The notes beneath the pieces were generated by a model. The model was not told the origin of the DNA and ran no database searches. It saw nothing but the letters and a program-made list of their open reading frames with translations. The position numbers were made by a program, and so were the translations under genes. A DNA stretch of 64,000 nt, from contig CAVPSB010000002.1 of assembly GCA_963708025.1 (NCBI GenBank), positions 224,001 to 288,000 on the forward strand, read 5' to 3'. Positions 41,108 through 55,649 of the stretch are shown here, piece after piece. Position 1 is the stretch's first letter; every line of letters starts with the position of its first letter. Source of the DNA: an uncultured Candidatus Rokubacteria bacterium (GTDB lineage: Bacteria; Methylomirabilota; Methylomirabilia; Rokubacteriales; DASRDR01).

Positions 41108-41590
41108 GTGACAGCTGGCCGGGAGCCCCATGCGACTCGAGCGGGAAAGAAGAAGCGTGATGCCGAGGCCCCGACGATTCGCGGGGCGTCCAGTCGCCGT
41201 TGTGGGCTGTGTGGCAAGACGCGCAAGCTGACACGAACCGAATGCTGCGGTCGCTGGATCTGCGACGACGAGGACTCGTACGTCCTCTTTTCCTATGCCC
41301 GGAATAGCTGTTTCCGCAACCACCGGCGCTATACACTCTGCGGCTACCATTCCTCAGAAGAACACTCTGGCGACTGGCGCGAATGTCAGCAGTGCCGCAA
41401 GGAGATCCAGGCGGAGATGTACGTCTACTACGGCACCAACGAGTACAACTTCGTCAAGCTGGAGAATCCCCCAAGTTACGAGCCGACGCTCTGCAAAAAG
41501 TGCGGCAAGGCCATTCGCCTCGCCGAGGACGCCTACAGCATGAAGGGCAAGGGCTACTACTGTGCGCGCTGCTCTCCCGTGTTGCGGTGA
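41108..41590 (+). CDS. Cys/His-rich hypothetical protein (probable multi-Zn finger), cassette-like
   Basis: CGLC, CC..C, C..H..C..H..H, CQQC, CKKC, CARC; AGGAGG RBS right after attC-like site. Confidence 0.8.
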   Translation: MTAGREPHATRAGKKKRDAEAPTIRGASSRRCGLCGKTRKLTRTECCGRWICDDEDSYVLFSYARNSCFRNHRRYTLCGYHSSEEHSGDWRECQQCRKEIQAEMYVYYGTNEYNFVKLENPPSYEPTLCKKCGKAIRLAEDAYSMKGKGYYCARCSPVLR

Positions 41591-41599
41591 AGCGGTCGC

Positions 41600-42121
41600 C
41601 CGCGCCTCCGAGACCGAGACGATCGAGGCGATGGAGGGGCTGATCGCCTGGCTCCCCGGCCACGTGCCGGCCGAGGAGGACACCACGATCGTGCACGGCG
41701 ACTTCCGGCTCGGGAACACGGTGGTCCATCCGACCGAGCCGCGCATCCTGGCCGTGCTGGACTGGGAGCTGGCGACGCTCGGCAATCCGCTCTCGGACCT
41801 GGCCTACACCTGCATGGTGACGGCTTGCTGGGCGCGCACCCGGCGACGCCGGGGATGCCGTCCGAGCAGGAGTTCGTCGCCGCCTACTGCAGGCGGACCG
41901 GCCGTCCGGGGATCGAGAACTGGGACTTCTACGTCGCGTTCGCGATGTTCCGGCTGGCCGCCATCGTCCAGGGCATCATGGGCCGCGTGCTCGCCGGCAC
42001 CGCTAACGACCCCAACGCCCGCGAGCGGGGCGCCCGCGTCCGTCCCCTGGCCGAGGCCGCCTGGGCCCTGATCGAGCAGCGCGCCGGCGGCTGATCCCGC
42101 CCGCCGCCCGCGCCTCACCTC
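41600..42121 (+). pseudogene. Diverged duplicate of the 3' half of the APH gene (39544-40073)
   Basis: Direct repeat of about 520 bp; roughly 20 substitutions and a 1-nt deletion near 41819. Confidence 0.92.
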
Positions 42122-42446
42122 CGACGGGTCAGACGACGGCGATGGAGTTGGCCGCTCACATCTTCGGGGTCGGAGCCTTGACGGAGCCGGACACACCGGC
42201 CGAAGCGCCGCGTCTGGCCGAGAAGCTCACCTGGCACGAGAACGCCCCGTCAATGGACGCAAGGTCGCGAATCGAAAGGACCTGAGGTCGGGTCCAGGGA
42301 ACCGGTGGCACATCGGGACAGGCCGTGTGGGCCTCGCGGCGTTTGGCGTCACACGCAGGTTCTGCGTATCCTGTGGCCGAATTCGAGTTCGACCAACAAA
42401 GCGGGGGCGAGCTCCTCGGCGTAGAATCGTTCCAGAGGGGGATCCG

Positions 42447-42659
42447 ATGGCAAGGGAGTTCAGCGTGATTATCGAGCGGGATGCCGACGGTTACTACGTG
42501 GCTTCCGTCCCCACCCTTCGGGGCTGCCATACGCAGGCCAGGTCTCTCGACGAGCTGATGGCCAGGGTGCGCGAGGCCGTCGAGCTCTGCCTCGAAGTCC
42601 AAGGTGAAAGCGTTGAGCCGCTCGACTTCATCGGCGTCCAGAAGATCACCCTGGCGTGA
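42447..42659 (+). CDS. hicB: HicB-family antitoxin
   Basis: 'VIIERDADGYYVASVPTLRGCHTQARSLDEL..EAVEL'. Confidence 0.9.
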   Translation: MAREFSVIIERDADGYYVASVPTLRGCHTQARSLDELMARVREAVELCLEVQGESVEPLDFIGVQKITLA

Positions 42660-42934
42660 CCCGGCTTCCGCGGATCACCGGGAGAGAAGTCATCTCCGCC
42701 ATGAGGAAGGCTGGGTTCGAGGTCGCGAGAGTCAAGGGCAGCCACCACTTCCTTCGTCACCCCGACGGCCGGGGAACGGTCGTGCCCGTCCATGCCGGTG
42801 AGACTATCGGCCCGGGCCTGCTGGCAGCCACAATGGAGGACGAGCGTGCAGCCAATACCGCACTCGCAGACGACCCAGTACGCTACGTGGACATGGAACG
42901 AGAGTTCCGCACCGACCTGTACCCCGAGCCCTGA
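42656..42934 (+). pseudogene. hicA: HicA toxin with C-terminal helix replaced by unrelated sequence
   Basis: 'GFEVARVKGSH..HPDGR..VPVH..GPGLL'; similarity ends near 42826. Confidence 0.75.
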
Positions 42935-43002
42935 CCTGTTGGTGCGATGACCCTACGGTGGACGGCTGGACTCCCAGCCGAGGCTGAGAAGGAGATTGCT
43001 CC

Positions 43003-43317
43003 GTGACACTCAATGAGTACCAGGAAAAGGCTCTCGCCACGGCCTCGGACGGAGGCTCGGAGCTGATCCAGCGGGTCCTGGGTCTGGCCGGGGAGAGCGG
43101 GGAGATCGCCGACAAGGTCAAGAGATGGTTACGCGATCACAATGGTGACCTGGCCAGGCTGGACAGGCAAATCCTGGCTGCCGAGCTCGGCGACACGCTG
43201 TGGTACGTCGCCGCGCTGGCTGACTTCCTGGGCTATCGCCTGGAAGACGTCGCGCAGGACAACATTGCCCGGCGGGCTGATCGGCAGAAGCGAAAGGCGC
43301 CTGGCGGCGGCGGCTGA
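43003..43317 (+). CDS. MazG-like nucleotide pyrophosphohydrolase
   Basis: 'LNEYQ', '[15 protein letters not shown]', 'ELGDTLWY'. Confidence 0.88.
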   Translation: MTLNEYQEKALATASDGGSELIQRVLGLAGESGEIADKVKRWLRDHNGDLARLDRQILAAELGDTLWYVAALADFLGYRLEDVAQDNIARRADRQKRKAPGGGG

Positions 43318-43456
43318 GCTCGCCGGGGGCTGAATCGAGCGGGGGAACGCGTGAGGGCCGCCTTGGCTGAGCGGCTCGGGCCAGTCCCGTGGAACGTGCG
43401 TTGCTCCAAGGGCCGGACACCGCGGACGGTCACTGCGTCGAAAAGAGGAGACCGTG

Positions 43457-44368
43457 ATGCGGCTCGGATTCGCGCTACCACAATGCGGCACCGCCGCCGG
43501 ACCCGATTCCATCACCGCGGTGGCCCAGCGCGCCGAATCGGTGGGGTTCGACAGCCTCTGGGTATTCGACCGGACACTGTCTCCCGTCAATCCCCGGGCG
43601 CCCTATCCGGCTCTGCCCGTCAAGGCCAGGCGCACGCTGGATCCGCTGGAGACCTTGACCTTTGCCGCCGCGCAGACTCGCCGGGTGGCGCTGGGCACGA
43701 GCGTCCTGAACCTCCCCTGGTACAACCCGGTGCTGCTCGCCCGGCAGCTGACCACCCTCGACGTCCTGTCCGGCGGGCGACTCCGGGTTGGACTCGGGAT
43801 CGGATGGTCGCCCGATGAGTACGAGGCCGCCGGGACCCCATGGCCCGAGCGCGGCAAGCGCGCGGATGAGCTCGTTCGTGCCTTGAAGACGATCTGGACG
43901 GCCGATCCGGTGGAGCTCCAGGGCGAGTACTACCGGATCCCGAGATCCTTCATCGGCCCCAAGCCCGTCCAGAAGCCGTACCCGCCGATCTACATGGCGG
44001 CGTATACACGAGCCGCCATGAGGCGCGTCGCGAAGGAGGCGGATGGCTGGTTTCCGGCCGGGATCCCGCTGGCGCGGGTCGTCCAGATGTTCGCGGGCAT
44101 CCAGGGGATGGCCCGGGAAGCTGGCCGCGATCCCGCGGGGTTGGCCTTGATCGTCAGGGCCAACGTCGAGATCTCCGACACGCCGCTCGGCCAGGACCGC
44201 GCCGACTTCACGGGCACGCTCGATCAGATTGCCCAGGACGTGGCGGCGACGCGCAAGCTCGGTGCGGCCGAGCTCGTGTTGGATGTGCAGTTCTCCCCGG
44301 GCGTCGAGACCGTGCAGGACATCGTCGCCCGGATGGCGCAGCTCTGGGAGATCGCGAGTCGAGGCTAG
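43457..44368 (+). CDS. LLM-class (probably F420-dependent) oxidoreductase
   Basis: 'GFDSLWVFD', 'TLDVLSGGRL..GIGW', 'PKPVQ.P.PPI'. Confidence 0.9.
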   Translation: MRLGFALPQCGTAAGPDSITAVAQRAESVGFDSLWVFDRTLSPVNPRAPYPALPVKARRTLDPLETLTFAAAQTRRVALGTSVLNLPWYNPVLLARQLTTLDVLSGGRLRVGLGIGWSPDEYEAAGTPWPERGKRADELVRALKTIWTADPVELQGEYYRIPRSFIGPKPVQKPYPPIYMAAYTRAAMRRVAKEADGWFPAGIPLARVVQMFAGIQGMAREAGRDPAGLALIVRANVEISDTPLGQDRADFTGTLDQIAQDVAATRKLGAAELVLDVQFSPGVETVQDIVARMAQLWEIASRG

Positions 44369-44465
44369 ACGTGTGGCGTCCACGCGTACGCCCGATCGGC
44401 GAGGAGGCGCCGGCCGCCTCGGTCGGCGGCAGCTCCCCGTGCCGGTGGTGAGACCTCAGACGGTG

Positions 44466-44627
44466 TGAAGAAATGCCGGCGGCTCCCAGTCCTTCCGCCC
44501 ACCGGCTTCTCGCAACGCACTGGACCCCCGGCTCGCGGCGGGGTGTTCCACTCCTGGCGCGGGCTTCGCTCGCGCCTCCCTCCGGGGGGAGGTACGGGAG
44601 GGGGGCGCAGCCCCCCTCCCGTTCATC
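44466..44627 (-). repeat. Repeat family A, diverged full copy
   Basis: Minus strand has GGAGTGGAAC, GTTGCGAGAAGCCGGTGGGCGG, GGGAGCCGCCGGCAT; starts at ACAD stop. Confidence 0.8.
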
Positions 44628-45836
<1,209 letters not shown>

Positions 45837-45906
45837 GCAAGGCCTCCCTGGTCGGCGCCCGAGCCTCCGCTCGTCAGCGCCCCGAATCAACCACGAGTGC
45901 CGGGCT

Positions 45907-46671
45907 TCACGCCAGGTGGCCGCCGTCGAGCACGAGCACCTGCCCGGTGACGTAGCTGGCGGAGTCCGAGCAGAGATAGACCACGGCCCCGGCCATCTCC
46001 TCCGGCTGGGCGGTGCGGCCCATCGGCGTCGTCTTCAGGTACTGCTCCAGGAGCTCCGGCGTGGTCCACAGGACCTCGCTGAAGCGAGTCTCCACCAGCG
46101 CCGGCGCGATGGCGTTCACCCGCACGCCGAAGGGGGCCAGCTCCTTGGCGAGCACGCGGGTGAGCATGATCACCGCGGCCTTCGAGACCGAGTAGGCGCC
46201 GAGGCCGGGGCTGGCCCGGAGGCCGCCGGTCGAGGAGACGTTGACGATCGCCCCCTTGCCGGCGGCCAGCATCTGCTTCGCGGCGCGCTGGGCCGCGAAG
46301 AGGTAACCCTTCACGTTCAGCGCCATGATCTTGTCCCAGGCCTCCTCCTCGATCTCGATGAGGGGACCGAAGACCGGATTGGTGGCCGCGTTGTTGACCA
46401 GGATGTCGAGGCGGCCGAACTCCTTCTGGACGGCCTCGAAGAGCCGGTCGATGTCCGGCCGGCGGCCCATGTGGCCCGGGATCGGCAGGGCCCGGCGCCC
46501 CAGCCCGCTGACCTCGTGGGCGACGGCCTCGAGATCGGGGGCCTTGCGCGCGGTGAGCGCGAGGTTGGCGCCGGCCCGGGCGAGGCCGAGCGCGATGGCG
46601 CGACCGATCCCACGGCTCGCCCCGGTCACGATCGCCACCCGGCCGTCCAGTCCGAACTCGGGCCCGCTCAT
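45907..46671 (-). CDS. SDR oxidoreductase
   Basis: 'TGASRGIG', 'NNAA', 'YSVSK', 'VNAIAP'. Confidence 0.93.
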   Translation of the reverse strand: MSGPEFGLDGRVAIVTGASRGIGRAIALGLARAGANLALTARKAPDLEAVAHEVSGLGRRALPIPGHMGRRPDIDRLFEAVQKEFGRLDILVNNAATNPVFGPLIEIEEEAWDKIMALNVKGYLFAAQRAAKQMLAAGKGAIVNVSSTGGLRASPGLGAYSVSKAAVIMLTRVLAKELAPFGVRVNAIAPALVETRFSEVLWTTPELLEQYLKTTPMGRTAQPEEMAGAVVYLCSDSASYVTGQVLVLDGGHLA

Positions 46672-46864
46672 CTGCTCCCTCCGCCCCCGGCGTCGCCGCC
46701 GCTCGCGCTGGTTGAACTGCCGACCCCGATTGCTACAGGCTAGCACTTTGTGCTGGGTGTATGCTGGCGGGCGGTGACGGCCCCGCGGGCCGGGCCGGCT
46801 CCCGACTTCGAGCCGGCTGGGAGCCGGCCGGCATGATCATCACGAGCACGAGCGTAGAGGAGCC

Positions 46865-48247
46865 ATGAAGCGCAGCGCCCGGGTCCTGATCGTGGACGAC
46901 GAGCCGGAGGTGGTGGCCAACTGGACGCGCGTCCTGGAGCGGGATGCGCATGCCTGCACCACGGCCACCGAGGGTCAGCGCGCGCTCGCGCTCCTCGAGA
47001 CCGAGCGGCCCGACGTGGTCCTGACCGACCTTCAGATGCCGGGTGTTGACGGGCTCACCCTGCTGCGGCGGGCTCTCGAGCTCGATCCCGACGTGGTCGT
47101 CATCGTCATCACGGGCCACGGGACCGTGGAGTCGGCGGTGCAGGCCATGCGGGAAGGCGCCTTCGACTATCTCCTCAAGCCCCTGCCGTCCAACGACACG
47201 CTCCGGCTCGTCGTCGAGCGCGCGGTGGCCCGGCGGCGGCTCGTCGAGGAGAACCGGCGCCTGCGCGAGTCGCTCTCGCCGCAGGTCCGCTTCGACACGC
47301 TGGTCGGCAAGAGCTCGGCCATGCAGAGCGTGCTGGAGCTGGTCCGCAAGGCGGCCCGCTCGGATGCCAACATCCTGATCCAGGGAGAGTCGGGCACCGG
47401 GAAGGAGCTGGTGGCCCGGGCCATCCACGCCAACAGCCCCCGGGCGGCGGAGGTCTTCGTCCCCGTCGACTGCGCCGCCCTCCCGGAGCAGCTCCTGGAG
47501 TCCGAGCTGTTCGGGCACGAGCGGGGCGCCTTCACCGGAGCCGAGCGCACGAAGCCCGGGATGTTCGAGGTGGCCGACCGCGGCACGCTGCTTCTCGACG
47601 AGGTGGGCGAGCTGCCCCTCGGACTCCAGGCCAAGCTGCTCCGCGCGCTCCAGGAGCGCGAGATCCGGCGGGTGGGCGGCACCAAGCTCATCCCGGTCGA
47701 CGTCCGCCTGGTCTCGGCGACGAACCGCGACCTGGGCGAGTCGGTGAGCAAGCGGGAGTTCCGGGAGGACCTCTTCTACCGGGTCAACGTGATCCTCATC
47801 GCGCTGCCGCCCCTCCGTGACCGGACCGGCGACGTGCCGCTCCTCGCTTACCACTTCCTGGGCCGCTACGGCCGGAACCGCGAGCGGCCGCTCGAGGGGC
47901 TCGACGCCGACGCCCTCGCGCTGCTGGAAGCCTACACGTGGCCGGGGAACATCCGCGAGCTGCAGAACGTGATCGAGCGGGCCTGCGCGCTGGCCGACGG
48001 GCCGACGCTCCGCCTGCGCGATCTCCCGGACCACATCCGCGGCCGGGGCCGGCCGGGCCCGGCGGTGCCGGGCAAGCGGCTGCCCCTGCGGCAGGCCCGG
48101 GAGAGGTGGCTCCGGGTCTTCACCCAGGAGTACCTGTTGGATCTCCTGCGGGACCACGGCGGCAACATCTCGCAGGCGGCCAAGACCGCCGGCGTCGACC
48201 GGAAGACGCTGCACCGGCTCCTGTCCCGGTTCGACATCAAGACCTGA
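46865..48247 (+). CDS. Sigma54-dependent response regulator (NtrC/AtoC family)
   Basis: Receiver 'VDDE..TDLQMP', 'GESGTGKE', 'GAFTGA', 'WPGNIREL', Fis HTH. Confidence 0.95.
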   Translation: MKRSARVLIVDDEPEVVANWTRVLERDAHACTTATEGQRALALLETERPDVVLTDLQMPGVDGLTLLRRALELDPDVVVIVITGHGTVESAVQAMREGAFDYLLKPLPSNDTLRLVVERAVARRRLVEENRRLRESLSPQVRFDTLVGKSSAMQSVLELVRKAARSDANILIQGESGTGKELVARAIHANSPRAAEVFVPVDCAALPEQLLESELFGHERGAFTGAERTKPGMFEVADRGTLLLDEVGELPLGLQAKLLRALQEREIRRVGGTKLIPVDVRLVSATNRDLGESVSKREFREDLFYRVNVILIALPPLRDRTGDVPLLAYHFLGRYGRNRERPLEGLDADALALLEAYTWPGNIRELQNVIERACALADGPTLRLRDLPDHIRGRGRPGPAVPGKRLPLRQARERWLRVFTQEYLLDLLRDHGGNISQAAKTAGVDRKTLHRLLSRFDIKT

Positions 48248-48420
48248 GAAACCTCGGGGGTGTCGGAACACCCCCCGAGGCTCCCCCCAGCGAAGGCCGC
48301 GACTATTGGACGGCCTTCGGCCTTGGGGCCGCGGCTCGCCCCGGGCGCTCGGCGAGAGCCAGAGGGGGGCGAGATGCCGGCGGGCGGTAGGAATGGGAGC
48401 CGCCGGCATCTCTTCACGGG
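48248..48420 (+). repeat. Repeat family A, full copy
   Basis: Begins at stop codon; GGACGGCCTTCGGCCT and GGAATGGGAGCCGCCGGCAT. Confidence 0.8.
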
Positions 48421-48484
48421 CCCTGGGAGATCCTCCGGGGCCCGGAAGACCCCCCCGGGGGCCGCGCGGCCGGAGCCGGGGGGG

Positions 48485-48763
48485 TTACGACAAGCCGGCG
48501 GTCGGTTGCAACGGGAGCCGCCGGCGCTGGGTCACCGATCCTGAGAGCGCCCGGTCGTCGCCCGGGGGTGGGCCGCCCTCGCGGGGCAGCGACACCGCGT
48601 CGATCCGCACGCGGCCGGCGCCGGCCAGCAGCGTGATGTAGCCGAGCGCGCAGGCCTCGGACACGCCCAGCGAGTGAGCCAGCTGGCACGCCGAGAGGCT
48701 GCCGTGCGGCTCGAGGCAGGCCGTCACTTCCGCTTCGATCGCGTCCAGCCATCCAGGAATCAT
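48485..48763 (-). CDS. Small hypothetical protein, winged-HTH-like
   Basis: 'HGSLSACQLAHSLGVSE..YITLLAGAGRVRI'; GGAGGA RBS; own sigma54 box. Confidence 0.65.
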   Translation of the reverse strand: MIPGWLDAIEAEVTACLEPHGSLSACQLAHSLGVSEACALGYITLLAGAGRVRIDAVSLPREGGPPPGDDRALSGSVTQRRRLPLQPTAGLS

Positions 48764-48810
48764 CTCGATCCTCCCGCGCGGCGCTTCACCGGGCCGCCGG
48801 TCTTCACCGG

Positions 48811-48826
48811 TGCAGCCACGATGCCA
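48811..48826 (-). promoter_or_regulatory. Sigma54 -24/-12 promoter
   Basis: TGGCAT-CGTGG-CTGCA. Confidence 0.6.
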
Positions 48827-48901
48827 GACGAGAGCCGCCGCGGTGCCCGGGGGTCCGTGCTCACGCGGGAGGATCGAGGAGCGACGCGAGCGCGCCGGGG
48901 G

Positions 48902-49309
48902 TCACCGGGCGGGGCCCTCGAGCAGGGTCAGGAGGGCGTCCAGCGCGTCGGCCGTCGTGAAGATCCCGACGATCGCGTCGCCGTCGCGCACCGGGAGGGC
49001 GCCGATCTTGCCCTCGAGGAGGAGGCGGGCGGCGATGGTCACCGGCGTCTCGGGAGCGACCGTGACCGGACCTTCGGTCATGATCTGACTGACCGGGTCC
49101 GTGAGGCGCGCCGGGTGCGCCGGGTCCTCGAGGAGCCGCCGGACATCCCGGTTGGACAGGATGCCGGCCAGGCGGTCGCCGTCCATGACGAGGAGATGGC
49201 GCACGTCCGCGCCTTGCATGAGCCCGAGCGCCTGCCTGATCGGGCAGTCGACGGTCACGCTCAGCGGCTGTCGCGTCATCCAGTGCTCGATGGTTCCGTG
49301 GTCCCGCAT
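48902..49309 (-). CDS. CBS-domain protein
   Basis: Two CBS repeats 'VRHLLV..GILS', 'IGALPV..VGIFT'. Confidence 0.9.
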   Translation of the reverse strand: MRDHGTIEHWMTRQPLSVTVDCPIRQALGLMQGADVRHLLVMDGDRLAGILSNRDVRRLLEDPAHPARLTDPVSQIMTEGPVTVAPETPVTIAARLLLEGKIGALPVRDGDAIVGIFTTADALDALLTLLEGPAR

Positions 49310-49326
49310 GGCGTGAGGCTGGAGTG

Positions 49327-49342
49327 TGCAACGGTAGTGCCA
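49327..49342 (-). promoter_or_regulatory. Sigma54 -24/-12 promoter
   Basis: TGGCAC-TACCG-TTGCA (consensus). Confidence 0.85.
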
Positions 49343-49383
49343 CCGGCCGCGCGCCTGTTTCCCGAGAATCGGGCCCCTCCAGG

Positions 49384-49420
49384 TGGGGCGCCATCGCCTC
49401 GCTGGGGCAAGATCGCCTCA
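49384..49420. promoter_or_regulatory. Tandem putative enhancer sites TGGGGC-N6-GCCYCR
   Basis: TGGGGCGCCATCGCCTCG and TGGGGCAAGATCGCCTCA. Confidence 0.65.
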
Positions 49421-49473
49421 CACGAGCCGGTCGGATAGCGGCTCCCGGGCCGACCGGGTCGCCGAACTCAGTT

Positions 49474-49575
49474 CGGTATCTCCCCCCCCCAGCCCCCCCT
49501 CCCCCACCCATTGACGGCCTTCGGCCTTTGGCCGGGGGAGGGGGGAGTCGGACGACCCATTCCTTAACAGGTCTC
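49474..49575 (+). repeat. Repeat family B
   Basis: Matches 27002-27116. Confidence 0.82.
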
Positions 49576-49666
49576 AGCGCTCCGTCGGCGGCTTCCTGGC
49601 GCCGAGGTGTCGGCCCGGGGGACGAGGAGCGGTCCCATCCGTCGCCGACACCGGTGCGTGGCCTTC

Positions 49667-49682
49667 TGGCGTGCCGCTTGCT
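49667..49682 (+). promoter_or_regulatory. Sigma54 -24/-12 promoter of nifJ
   Basis: TGGCGT-GCCGC-TTGCT. Confidence 0.75.
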
Positions 49683-49696
49683 GTCCACTGCATTTG

Positions 49697-53283
<3,587 letters not shown>

Positions 53284-53291
<8 letters not shown>

Positions 53292-54285
53292 CCTCTCCAC
53301 GTCGTATCTGGGGCTCGCGCTCAGGAGTCCCGTGGTCGCCTCCGCGTCCCCGCTCTGTGAAGACGTCGACAACATCCGGCGAATGGAGGATGCGGGGGCC
53401 GGCGCGGTCGTTCTCCACTCCTTGTTCGAGGAGCAGATCACGCTGGAGAGCCACCACCTGGACCGGTATCTCTCGCAAGGGGCGGAGAGCTTCGCCGAGT
53501 CGCTGACCTACTTCCCCGACATGACGGCCTACAACCTGGGACCGGACGGGTATCTGGAGCACGTTCGCCGGGCCAAGGCCGCGGTCGGCATCCCGATCAT
53601 CGGGAGCCTCAACGGCGTCTCGACCGGCGGCTGGATCCGCTACGCCCGGAAGATCGAAGAGGCCGGCGCCGACGCGCTGGAGCTGAACGTCTACTACATC
53701 CCCACCGATCCGGAGATGACCGGCGCCGACGTCGAGCGGATGTACGTCGAGCTCGTGCGCGACGTGGCCGCCAGCGTCCGGATCCCGGTGGCGGTCAAGC
53801 TCGGCCACGCCTTCAGCGCGATGGCCAACCTCGCGCGGCAGCTCGAGGAGGCCGGGGCCCGCGGGCTCGTCCTGTTCAATCGCTTCTACCAGCCCGACTT
53901 CGACCTCGAGCAGCTGCAGGTGGTGCCTCGCCTGACCCTGAGCAGCCCGTACGAGCTGCTGTTGCGCGTGCACTGGGTCGCGATCCTCTACGGCCACGTC
54001 CGGGCCGACCTCGCCGTGACCGGAGGCGTGCACACGGCGCAGGACGTGCTGAAGGCCATGATGGCGGGGGCCCGGGTGGCGATGATGACGTCGGCGCTCC
54101 TCAAGCACGGGGTCGACCTCTTGCGGGTGGTGCGGGCGAACCTGGTGGCCTGGATGGAAGCGCACGAGTACGAGTCCATCCGCCAGATGCAGGGGAGCAT
54201 GAGCTACCGGTCGGTGGCCGAGCCGGCCGAGTTCGAGCGGGCCAACTACCTGAAGGTGCTCGGCTCGTACGTGCTCCGCGGCTAG
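53284..54285 (+). CDS. Dihydroorotate dehydrogenase-like protein (nifJ-associated)
   Basis: 'SLFEEQ', 'ADALELN', 'VAVK', 'LFNRFYQPD', 'FERANY'. Confidence 0.9.
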
Positions 54286-54327
54286 CCGTCCGAGCGATCC
54301 GGCCGAATGGAGGGGGTGGGCGGGAGG

Positions 54328-54455
54328 CGGTCCGGCTCCCCCCTCCCCCGGTGCCGGCCGGAGGGACGGGACGTCGCGAGGGCCGTAGGCCCGAGCCGTC
54401 CCGGCGATACGATCAAGCGGGAGGGGGGTTGGGGGGGTGGGCGGGAGGTCCCGAA
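54328..54455 (-). repeat. Family B repeat with long internal segment
   Basis: Inverted near-identical copy of 37500-37628. Confidence 0.88.
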
Positions 54456-54537
54456 GAGGTCCCGAGCTGGGGCGGGCCGGCCCGGCCCACGTCCCCGTCC
54501 GAGCCGGCCACCGGTGGAAGTCGCGCGGCTCGCCGGC

Positions 54538-54553
54538 TGGCACCTCGGATGCA
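54538..54553 (+). promoter_or_regulatory. Sigma54 -24/-12 promoter
   Basis: TGGCAC-CTCGG-ATGCA. Confidence 0.75.
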
Positions 54554-54591
54554 TCGTTCGTCGTCAAGATTCTGAACGGGAGGCGAGTCAG

Positions 54592-54972
54592 ATGAATGGG
54601 CTACTGCTCGGCTGGTTCACGGCCTTCCTGATCGGGCTCAGCGTCGTGCTCATGCTGATCATCGCCGTGGTGCTGCTGCCCCGCGCGATGGGGATCCGGA
54701 TGGCGCGCTTTTACTGCCCGTGGAGGCGCCGGGACGTGACGATGCGGTACGTCACCCACGACGGCGAGCACCCGGTCGCGGTGGTGTCGTGCACGGCCTT
54801 CGCGGACCCCAGCGTCGTGACCTGCGGCGCCCCCTGCATCAGCGAGAAAGGCAAGGCCCAGGTGGCCGCTGGTGGGCGGGCGGTCAACAACCTGAGCGGG
54901 CCGCGCGTCGTGACCGGGGCACCCTCTCCGGACGCCTCCTCGGTCGCCCGCACGGCCCCCGCTCCACCGTGA
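54592..54972 (+). CDS. Membrane-anchored 4-Cys hypothetical protein
   Basis: TM helix then 'FYCPW..VSCTAF..TCGAPC'; GGAGG RBS. Confidence 0.7.
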   Translation: MNGLLLGWFTAFLIGLSVVLMLIIAVVLLPRAMGIRMARFYCPWRRRDVTMRYVTHDGEHPVAVVSCTAFADPSVVTCGAPCISEKGKAQVAAGGRAVNNLSGPRVVTGAPSPDASSVARTAPAPP

Positions 54973-54982
54973 ATCGGGAGGG

Positions 54983-55432
54983 GTGACCATGGCGAGAACG
55001 ATCCTGGTCCCGCTGGATGGATCGGCCGGCAGTGAAGCGGTCCTCGCCGCCGTGGAGCGGATCGCGCGGGCGGAGGGCGCGACGGTGCGGCTGCTCCAGG
55101 TCGCCTCGCCGGTCGAGGCGCTGCTCGTGGACGGGCACGTGGTCCGCTACGCCGATCAGGAGGTCGCGCGGATCCGGCACCAGGCCCAGACGTACCTGAT
55201 GGGCGTAGCGGCGGCGCTGGGTGTCAACGTGGAGGTCCGGGTCCGGTTCGGCGACCCGGTCGAGGAGATCGTCCGCGAGGCCGGGAGCGGCGGGATCGGA
55301 CTGGTCGCGATGGCGACTCGCCGGCGGACCGGCCTGAAGCGCCTGCTCGAGCGCAGCGTCGCCGCCCGCGTCAAGCGGGCGACCCGCATCCCGGTCCTCC
55401 TCATCCGCCACGGCGCACGCCTGGCCGCCTGA
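54983..55432 (+). CDS. Universal stress protein
   Basis: 'ILVPLDGS', 'GDPVEEI', 'SVA..V..IPVLL'. Confidence 0.9.
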   Translation: MTMARTILVPLDGSAGSEAVLAAVERIARAEGATVRLLQVASPVEALLVDGHVVRYADQEVARIRHQAQTYLMGVAAALGVNVEVRVRFGDPVEEIVREAGSGGIGLVAMATRRRTGLKRLLERSVAARVKRATRIPVLLIRHGARLAA

Positions 55433-55470
55433 GAACATCGGGGGGGTCTCAGCCCCCCGGAGGCCTCCCC
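55433..55470 (+). repeat. Partial family A repeat
   Basis: GAACATCGGGGGGGTCTCAGCCCCCCG after TGA. Confidence 0.6.
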
Positions 55471-55486
55471 GCGTCAGAGCCAGGGG

Positions 55487-55524
55487 TGGGGCATTGGCGC
55501 CCCGCTTGTCCCCGCGGTGCCGCA
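55487..55524. promoter_or_regulatory. Putative enhancer sites
   Basis: TGGGGCATTGGCGCCCCG plus weaker second site. Confidence 0.55.
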
Positions 55525-55575
55525 GCCGAGAGGGGCTCCTGGCCGAAGACACCCACCGTTTCGCGAGGTTCCCCT

Positions 55576-55591
55576 TGGCACTGGCCTTGCT
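55576..55591 (+). promoter_or_regulatory. Sigma54 -24/-12 promoter
   Basis: TGGCAC-TGGCC-TTGCT. Confidence 0.85.
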
Positions 55592-55649
55592 CCTCCTCCT
55601 CGCGATGGCGGCCCGGGACCACTCCGACGGCATGGGAGGAGGCACGACG

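Noticed and set aside
40929-41111. 60-aa ORF
   Set aside because: Runs through the attC-like palindrome and has no RBS or motif
42122-42300. Possible gene 3' remnant ('HIFGVGALTEPD..RIERT*')
   Set aside because: No start codon and no recognisable family
46820-46864. Possible sigma54 box before the NtrC-type gene (CGGCATGATCATCACG)
   Set aside because: No GC at the -12 position
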